A stretch of DNA of 64,000 nucleotides, from contig OZ024754.1 in NCBI GenBank assembly GCA_964016885.1, forward strand, positions 10,292,001 to 10,356,000, in the 5' to 3' direction. This DNA comes from Eledone cirrhosa (taxonomy: Eukaryota). Position 1 is the stretch's first letter, and every line of letters begins with the position of its first letter. The notes beneath the pieces were generated by a model that was not told where the DNA came from, did not search any database, and saw only the letters and a program-made list of their open reading frames with translations. Positions 54,595 through 64,000 of the stretch are shown here, piece by piece. The translations under genes and the position numbers were made by a program.

Positions 54595-54788
54595 GTAGGT
54601 CCCGGGTTGAGTCGGGGATAACCACAGTAAGTAAGGTACTCAATACATGGCAGAGTAAAAAATTTTTTATATTTTATAGAAGGAGCTTCTACAGGACTAG
54701 TACTGTTTCATTCAGATGAAATCTTCAGGAAGCTCCTGAAGATTTCATCTGAATGAAACAGTACTAGTCCTGTAGAAGCTCCTTCTAT

Positions 54789-54796
<8 letters not shown>
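54594..54796 (-). mobile_element. Fold-back PLE-type insertion (63-bp perfect arms, 3-nt loop, tail)
   Basis: Arms 54668-54730 and 54734-54796. Confidence 0.8.
54681..54737 (-). ncRNA. Type I hammerhead ribozyme, near-canonical
   Basis: Minus: aggagcuuc CUGAAGA uuucaucugaau GAAA cag-uacuaguc-cug UA gaagcuccu; 9-bp stem I, 4-bp stem III, GUA site; stem II short with a U-U first pair. Confidence 0.75.
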
Positions 54797-54847
<51 letters not shown>

Positions 54848-55128
54848 CTTCATGGGTATCGTATAGGGTCAGAGATGTATATGGATGCGTGTGTGTATAC
54901 ATATGCAGTGTGTATACTTATGGATATGTGTGTGTGTGTCTGTGTAGGTAGATATATATATATATATATATATATAACTTCATGTGCATCTTATCAGGTT
55001 GGAGATGTGTGTGTGTGTGCGTGTGTGTGTGTATACATATGCAGGTATACTTATGAATATATGTATGCGTGTGTATATAGACTTGTGACTGTGTCAACAT
55101 AAAAGTGCTTTCACATGAATATGTATGA

Positions 55129-55175
<47 letters not shown>

Positions 55176-55300
55176 GAACAAGAGTGTGTGTATATGTTTG
55201 TATGCACATGTATATGTTTGTATGCACACAAGTGTATCTTGAATACAATAGCTATGTGCATGAATGATTGTCAGTGCTTAACAAGAATGTGTACAGAGAG

Positions 55301-55331
<31 letters not shown>

Positions 55332-55364
55332 CATGTGTGCATATAAGTGTATCTGCAAGTATCT

Positions 55365-55490
55365 GCATATATATATGTGTAACTGCATGTATGTGCAAAA
55401 CTGCATATATATATATATGTGTAACTGCATGTATGTGCAAAACTGCATATATATATATATGTGTAACTGCATGTATGTGTAAAACTGCAT
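55365..55490. repeat. Tandem repeat of about 42 bp, 3 copies
   Basis: atatgtgtaactgcatgtatgtgcaaaactgcat. Confidence 0.9.
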
Positions 55491-56543
55491 GAATGTGTTT
55501 ATATGCATGCAAGTATATGTTGAATGCAATGACTGTGCCCGCGCGTGTCTGCGCGCGTGCATGCGTCTACTAATATATACAAATAAATGTACATACACAA
55601 GTAGAAGAGTGAAGAGCAGTCCCGAGAGTACAAAACTACTGGCAATGAATTTGAGCAAGATTAAAATGAAGATGGTGTCTGCTGATCGGAAGCCCAGATC
55701 GATAGTCACTCGGAGATCAGAGGACTAAGCAACTAATATACAACTTAAAAGGACTTAATAACAGTCAGATGCAGTTCTTTTCCTTTTGCAAATTGCTATC
55801 TTTACAGTGCAGTAGGCCCGCTGTCTTTTGCAGGTCAACCAATGAAGGGAAACCAGTGGAGACTAATTCCATCAGCTTTGCAATCTACAAGACTGAAAAA
55901 GCAATTTAACAAACAAAACATCATTCTCTTTCATCATAGCCTCCTTCATGTAACCCACTTTATCAACCATATCCCCCACCATCAATGCAGCCTCCTATTG
56001 TCCCCCCGACCACCACCACCACCTTACAAAGATAACCCCCCCCCCCCCCGAATTGCTCCACTTTATCACACTCCTCCTCCTCCTCCTCATCCATACAGCA
56101 ACATAATGAGGAAAGGGGGGGTCGCCCCCACCCACCCATCCACCCACCCACTAATCTCCCACACCAGAGTACTATTCTCATCACTTCACATTCTACCCCA
56201 CCACCACCTCCCACTCTGTACTACCCCCCCCCCCCCCCCCACACACACACTACAGCCTCCCCCCAGACATATACTGATAACTCCCACAACATTACACTTC
56301 CTGACCCATCACAACCTCCTGATATCATCCCTTTGCATTGATACCTCCCTTTCACTCAACCTATATCTGTATCCATCACTCTAGTCATATATTTTTATCC
56401 ATCACTCCATTCAGACATTCCATTCAGATGGTTGTCACTTCTCCTTTGCCACCCAATAAAAATAAAAACAGTAAAACATTCTTATATAGAACAAATGAGT
56501 TAATAGAGAAGACCTGGTTAAATTAGCAGATGTTCTTGTCAGG

Positions 56544-56675
56544 AATAATAATAATAATAATAATAATGAAATTATTGTGTACAGTGCTCAGGTGCACTAC
56601 AACTCATCAAAGGTGCATGTATAGTACATAGAATAATGTACAAATGTCAGGAAAATGAACAGTGTATGAGTCATG

Positions 56676-56722
<47 letters not shown>

Positions 56723-57107
56723 GAAATTATTGTGTACAGTGCTCAGGTGCACTACAACCCATCAAAGGTGCATGTATAGTACATAGAATAATGTACAAAT
56801 GTCAGGAAAATGAACAGTGTATGAGTCATGATATAATAATAATAATAATAATAATGAAATATTGTGTACAGTGCCCAGGTGCACCACAACTCATCAAAAA
56901 GTGCATGTACACTACATAGGGCAATGCACAAATATCAGTAAAATGAACAGTGCATGAGTCATGATATACACATGTGTGCATGTGTATGGAAGGGGTACAT
57001 CAGGTGTAGTTTTGGCGTATTTCGGGAAGCATGAGTGTCTTAAAGGATGCAGTGTCTCGGCAGCTAACAACTGACGCAGGCAGTTTGTTCCATGCTTCAG
57101 CAACTCT
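56544..57107 (-). mobile_element. CR1-like LINE 3' end with triplicated 3' UTR and (TTA)n tails
   Basis: Minus 57107-57000 reads RVAEAWNKLPASVVSCRDTASFKTLMLPEIRQNYT*, a CR1/L2-type WNxLP...FK terminus; UTR unit of about 115 bp present three times. Confidence 0.75.
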
Positions 57108-57376
57108 GTCACATACAAATCCAAAGAAACAATGTGCAGTGTTGTTGTTGTTGTTATTATTGTGGTGTTAGTGCTACCCCCCATCCCTCCTTCATTAGCC
57201 CATGTGGTGTAGAAGTTTGCACCAGAATCATAAGTTTCAAAGTTTAATATGACCATGTGGTACTTCATGTGTTTTCTAACATATCTACAATTAGGCCAAA
57301 TAATTGTGAGTGAAATAATTGTAAATGGAAACCATACAGAAGGTTGACTGGACCTAAACCCAATCCAGCATTTTCT

Positions 57377-57840
57377 TTAACCTTTAGCATTTAAATTACT
57401 CTATATATACTATTAGTGAAGGCGTGTGGCTGAGTGGTTAGAGAATTGGATTCGCAATCGTAAGGTTGTGAGTTCGATTCCTGGACCAGGCGATGCGTTA
57501 TGTCCTTGAGCAAGACACTTTATTTCATGTTGCTCCTTCTACCTGGAGTTGCGACCGATAGATAGTATTAGCAATTGGAAAGACCAACGGAAACATTGTT
57601 CCCTCGGTCCGATTTGACGAAAGTCGATCGTTCCTTTTATATATACTATTGTATTTTTGTGGTAAAGGCTTTATCTTATATAATTATCTCACAGAATATT
57701 GCATCAACGTGATATTGATGTTATTTATTTTGAGAACAATACCTTAACATAAGTATGAGCAACCAGTTACGGCCGGTTTCTACAGAAAGAGGTGAGGGGA
57801 TTATGGCCGGATACGGCCAGTTTGCATGCTAAAGGATTGA
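57377..57840 (-). mobile_element. piggyBac-type MITE interrupted by a SINE
   Basis: TTAACCTTTAGCATTTA ... ATGCTAAAGGATTGA; internal sequence matches 43998. Confidence 0.75.
57402..57650 (+). mobile_element. Full-length CORE-like tRNA SINE with 13-bp TSD
   Basis: TGGCTGAGTGGTTAGAG A-box, GAGTTCGATTCC B-box; TSD TATATATACTATT at 57402-57414 and 57638-57650. Confidence 0.9.
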
Positions 57841-59601
57841 TATTGCACATAGGTGCATTTAGTGCAATCTATTTTCTTGCAATTATTCAGACTCGGTCTC
57901 TAACCTGAGGATAAATCCCAACATCTTCATCTCTCAGTTTTCTACTGCAATGCAACCTACGTGTCATGGGTTCATATTTACACTACCATCATCCAACAGT
58001 TTCAGTCAGAAGTCCTACAAAATGTCATGGGTATTGTCCCTTCTGTTTCCCGTATAAATGGACCTATAACTCCTGCTGGAGTCATAGGGGGCACAATTGT
58101 GGCATACAGCATTTCTAGGACACTTTAAACCTGGCAGAGCCTATCTCTTCTTCAGGTCTGAATACAACCGATTTCTTTTAGAGAAGGAGAAGGAGTGATA
58201 GATGGAGATATAGAGGAAGAATTAGCTCCAAGTCTATGAAGGAGTGATGCTAGAGCTATGAAATCTTGCATGCATTAATTTCAAATCTTCTTATCAATAA
58301 CTGTATTGTTTCTTTCCATACACTATGTGGAAATAAACCTCATTTTTGTCATTCCTTGAGAGTATCTTGGTCAGCCTATGAACTTTTCAGACTGGACTGG
58401 TACTTTTTATAGACTTCAAAAGGATGAGGATGAAAAGTAAAGTTGACTTTTAACTCAGAAACACACAGTTGAACGGATATTTCAAAGCATTCTAGCCGAC
58501 TCTACCAATAGCCACATCTTCTGCCTCTCACTAAGCCTTTCAAAAAACCCATAATACTAATAAAAAAAAATATATATATATATATATATAAAAACATCCT
58601 GCCATTTTATGTCCAAATCCATTACATTCTTTGCAAGACCTATTTCCTTTGCCATCCAAAACATCACAAAATAGTGAATCAATACACTTTCAATAAATAA
58701 ATCAATTGTTTTGAACTGTTTCAATGCTACATTTTAAAAGAAGGAAGTTGAAGCTACTATCCTCCTCCTCCCAGATGGGTTGGGGACCATGTTTCACATG
58801 TCCCAGTTTTGACAGGTTTTTATGGCTAGATACCCTTCCAACGCCAACTATTTTTCACAGTTTACTCTATACAATTTTCTTTATTCAGTAATAGATACCT
58901 TATTGTTAAATAAAAAAGCACGACGTTTAATTAAATATCATTTTTTGGTTGTTGTTTCTTGGGGGATTTTATAAAAACATTTTTTTGGTTGTTGTTTCTT
59001 GGGGGATTTTATAAAAACATTCTTTGGTTGTTGTTTCTTGTTTTGTTTTCTTTTTCAAACACATTTTCTCCCTGGAATATTCTAAAGTTACTTTGGTGAA
59101 AATTATTCCAAGAGAAGAAGTCAAAGAAAAAAAAAATGAAGAAAAATAGAAATAAAAATAGCTAAATATAACGAAACAAATTAATTCTTATATTATCAAT
59201 CAATATTATGATGAAAAGATTTATATTGAAAATTTAGATTTCAGGTGTACTGAATAAAAACTCTCATAGCTAACGGGTAAAAATTTAGAGGGTTGTTTTT
59301 CTTTTTGTTTCGCCCCCACCCACTCAATTCCCCCGCCCCCACACACAATAGTTATTTAGATTATATGCAAAGTAACCCGGCATAGAATATGATGAAGGGA
59401 AATAAATTGGTAATTTATTTTAAAAAAGGAAAATTAGCCTAGTCCCATTTGACTTTGTGTACGCTGCTCAATAGCACCTTTATATTTGTTCGTTAAGTAT
59501 AAGTATCATAGAAATTCTGGCTGGATAGCACCACTCACCTGTTTGATAAATGGAAGCTTCGGTGATAGCAATATATAATAAATGTAACAAAATTCAATAC
59601 A

Positions 59602-61966
59602 ACATGTATGTATATGTGTGTGTATCATGTAGCAGGGTATAATACATGTATGTGTATCTGTGTGTATCATGTAGCAGGGTATAATACATGTGCATATGTG
59701 TGTATCATGTAGCAGGGTATAATACATGTATGTGTATGTGTGTGTATCATGTAGCAGGGTATAATACATGTATGTGTATGTGTGTGTATCATGTAGCAGG
59801 GTATAATACATGTATGTGTATATGTGTGTATCATGTAGCAGGGTATAATACATGTATGTGTATATGTGTGTATCATGTAGCAGGGTATAATACATATATG
59901 TGTATGTGTGTGTATCATGTAGCAGGGTATAATACATGTATGTGTATATGTATGTATCATGTAGCAGGGTATAATACATGTATGTGTATATGTGTGTATC
60001 ATGTAGCAGGGTATAATACATGTATGTGTATGTGTGTGTATCATGTAGCAGGGTATAATACATGTATGTGTATATGTGTGTATCATGTAGCAGGGTATAA
60101 TACATGTATGTGTATATGTGTGTATCATGTAGCAGGGTATAATACATGTATGTGTATGTGTGTGTATCATGTAGCAGGGTATAATACATGTATGTGTATA
60201 TGTGTGTATCATGTAGCAGGGTATAATACATGTATGTGTATGTGTGTGTATCATGTAGCAGGGTATAATACATGTATGTGTATATGTGTGTATCATGTAG
60301 CAGGGTATAATACATGTATGTGTATGTGTGTGTATCATGTAGCAGGGTATAATACATGTATGTGTATGTGTGTGTATCATGTAGCAGGGTATAATACATG
60401 TATGTGTATATGTGTGTATCATGTAGCAGGGTATAATACATGTATGTGTATGTGTGTGTATCATGTAGCAGGGTATAATACATGTATGTGTATGTATCAT
60501 GTAGCAGGGTATAATACATGTATGTGCATATGTGTGTATCATGTAGCAGGGTATAATACATGTATGTATATGTGTGTGTATCATGTAGCAGGGTATAATA
60601 CATGTATGTATATGTGTGTGTATCATGTAGCAGGGTATAATACATGTATGTATATGTGTGTGTATCATGTAGCAGGGTATAATACATGTATGTGTATATG
60701 TGTGTGTATCATGTAGCAGGGTATAATACATGTATGTGTATATGTGTGTGTATCATGTAGCAGGGTATAATACATGTATGTGCATATGTGTGTATCATGT
60801 AGCAGGGTATAATACATGTATGTATATGTGTGTGTATCATGTAGCAGGGTATAATACATGTATGTGTATATGTGTGTATCATGTAGCAGGGTATAATACA
60901 TGTATGTGTATATGTGTGTGTATCATGTAGCAGGGTATAATACATGTATGTGTATATGTGTGTGTATCATGTAGCAGGGTATAATACATGTATGTGCATA
61001 TGTGTGTGTATCATGTAGCAGGGTATAATACATGTATGTGTATATGTGTGTGTATCATGTAGCAGGGTATAATACATGTATGTGTATATGTGTGTATCAT
61101 GTAGCAGGGTATAATACATGTATGTGTATATGTGTGGATCATGTAGCAGGGTATAATACATGCATGTGTATATGTGTGTATCATGTAGCAGGGTATAATA
61201 CATGTATGTGTATATGTGTGTATCATGTAGCAGGGTATAATACATGTATGTGTATATGTGTGTATCATGTAGCAGGGTATAATACATGTATGTGTATATG
61301 TGTGTATCATGTAGCAGGGTATAATACATGTATGTGTATATGTGTGTATCATGTAGCAGGGTATAATACATGTATGTGTATATGTGTGTGTATCATGTAG
61401 CAGGGTATAATACATGTATGTGTATATGTGTGTATCATGTAGCAGGGTATAATACATGTATGTGTATGTGTGTGTATCATGTAGCAGGGTATAATACATG
61501 TATGTGTATATGTGTGTATCATGTAGCAGGGTATAATACATGTATGTGTATATGTGTGTGTCATGTAGCAAGGAGTAATACATGTGTGTGTGTGGGTCAT
61601 GTAGAAGGGAGTGATACATGTGTCATGTAGCAAGGTGTAATACATGTGAGTGTGTCATGTAGCAGGGTGTAATACATGTATGTGTGTGTCATGTAGCAGG
61701 GTGTAATACATATGTGTGTGTCATGTAGCAGGGAGTGATGCATGTGTGTGTGTGACATGTAGTAGGGAGTGATACATGTGTGTGTCATGTAGCAGGGAGT
61801 AATACACGTGTGCGTGTAATGTAGCAGGGTGTAAGACATGTGTGTGTCATGTAGCAGGATGTAATACATGTGTGTGATGTAGCAATGTTAAAGACATGTA
61901 TATATATGTGCGTAATGTAGCAGGGAGTAATACATGTGTGTGTGTGTATAATGTAGCAGGGTGTGA

Positions 61967-61997
<31 letters not shown>

Positions 61998-62185
61998 CAT
62001 GTAGCAGGGTGTGATACATGTCTGTGTGTGTGTGTAATGTAGCAGGGGGTGATACATGTATATATATAATGTAGCAATGTGTAATACACGTGTATATAAT
62101 GTAGCAGTGTGTAATATAACATGTGTATATATATAATGTAGCAGTGTGTAATACATGTTTGTGTATATATTGTAACAGTGTGTAA

Positions 62186-62190
<5 letters not shown>
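59602..62190. repeat. 42/44-bp minisatellite (GTATCATGTAGCAGGGTATAATACAT plus RY tract), degenerating after about 61550
   Basis: Direct reading. Confidence 0.97.
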
Positions 62191-62220
<30 letters not shown>

Positions 62221-62979
62221 TTAAAGTTAATTTGAGACAAATAGTAATAAAGATAGTCAAAGAGATTAATGAGTGTGTGTGAGTGTGTGTGTGAGTGAAT
62301 GTGAGTGTGTGTGAGTGTGTGTGTGTGCGTGTGTGAGTGTGTGTGTGTGAGTGTGTGAGTGTAATGCCAGTGTGTGTGAGTGTAATGCCAGTGTGTCTGA
62401 GTATGTGTGTGAGTGTGGATGTGTGTTGTGGCAGAGTTTAATGTATCATGTGTGTATATATACTTATGTAAGTGTATACACGTGTATTTATGTGCATTTA
62501 ATGGTATTAATTTGTGAAAAATAGTAAGAAAGATAGACAAAGAGAGATAATGAGTGTGTATGTGTGTGTGTGTGTGTGTATATGTCTGTGTGTATGTGTG
62601 TGTATGTGTGTGTATATGTGTTTCACTATCAGAAACCTTGTGATGGAAATCAAGATTCCCTTTATATTGAAAGTAGATTCAGTTTGAAGCCAACTAAGCT
62701 ATATTCAGAGAAGATATAAATATACACCTGAAATATCAGCTACAAGTAGTTCTGTGATGAACTGAGAAACCCTATCAGAACAATAGACAGTGAGATGTGT
62801 GTGTATGCATGACAGTGTATGAAAGGTAATGTGTGTGTGTACATCAGTGAGTGAGTGTGCCATTTTGATTTTTAGATAGAATCTATCTACCAGTGAGTCT
62901 CATTAATTTTGAAGAGAAATACAAATTCAGATACTCTCCAGAAAATTGAAAATACCTACACACACACAACAAAAGACAG

Positions 62980-63070
62980 AATACCTGAGAAAGAAGAAAA
63001 CCTGAGAAAGAAGAAAAATACCTGAGAAAGAAGAAAAATACCTGAGAAAGAAGAAAAATACCTGAGAAAA
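62980..63070. repeat. 20-bp repeat CCTGAGAAAGAAGAAAAATA, 4 copies
   Basis: Direct reading. Confidence 0.9.
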
Positions 63071-63190
63071 ATGGTGGTAATTTTTTTTTTTTTTTTTTTT
63101 TTTTTCCAGATTCAAACATGAATAAGCAAAGGAAAGACAATACAACAACAAATAGTCGAAATGAAATGAGAATTTGCAGAGCAAGCTTAC

Positions 63191-63315
63191 CTTCACTCGT
63201 CGGTTCACCAGTGTATTTTCCTCATTATCATTTCTCTCGCGTTCTTTATCGCGGCAGTTATTTTCAGAGGGATGTGCAACATTTTTCACACCTGGTATAT
63301 CAGAAGATAATGCGT
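63191..63315 (-). CDS. Candidate internal exon of an unidentified host gene (125 bp)
   Basis: Strong polypyrimidine acceptor tttctttttttttgtcttttgcAG and donor AAG|GTAAGC; only one open frame: [41 protein letters not shown]; could be a UTR exon. Confidence 0.65.
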
Positions 63316-63537
63316 CTGCAAAAGACAAAAAAAAAGAAAAATAATAACAATGTACATGTTTAGAATTTTTTGTGAATGAAGTTCGACAGGAAAATAGACA
63401 AACATGGTGTGTTTGTGTGTGTGTATATATGTATGTATGTATGTATGTATATATATATATGAGTGTGTATGTATATATATGTATAACTTTGATAGGTTTC
63501 GGCCAGTATTGGCCCAGTCCATGTTTGTGTGTGTGCG

Positions 63538-63932
<395 letters not shown>

Positions 63933-64000
63933 ATGGTGGCTGCCAACTCGTTTTCGAGTATGTCCACTACTTTATATCCATATAGGAGAACCCCTACCGA

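Noticed and set aside
55600-55900. Unique sequence with acceptor-like sites on both strands
   Set aside because: No matching donor and frames close quickly; cannot support an exon call
57420-57492. Possible tRNA gene
   Set aside because: The A/B boxes are a SINE head followed by SINE body and TSD; no clear acceptor stem
59506-61645. Repetitive YYTLLHDTH ORFs
   Set aside because: 42-bp minisatellite artefact

Overview
Eukaryotic, AT-rich, microsatellite-saturated DNA. The repeat complement resembles a coleoid cephalopod (Octopus-like) genome; this is an inference from memory of the SINE families, not a database result. Almost all ORFs in the track are artefacts of simple repeats. Real coding content is limited to: a 5'-truncated but still open Penelope-like retroelement (PLE) ORF with RT and GIY-YIG domains at 48111-49396 (-); short decayed LINE ends (R4/Dong-like, CR1-like, RTE-like); and one well-formed minus-strand exon at 63191-63315, which suggests much of the window is intronic. 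The most interesting structure is a set of 7 PLE-type insertions in (TA)n tracts sharing a tail + inverted-arm (fold-back) design. Several carry recognisable type I hammerhead ribozyme cores on the element sense strand, and their fold-back points cluster in or beside the hammerhead. The window also holds tRNA-derived SINE clusters with clear TSDs, piggyBac-type TTAA MITEs and several large minisatellites. No CRISPR, rRNA or bona fide tRNA gene was seen.
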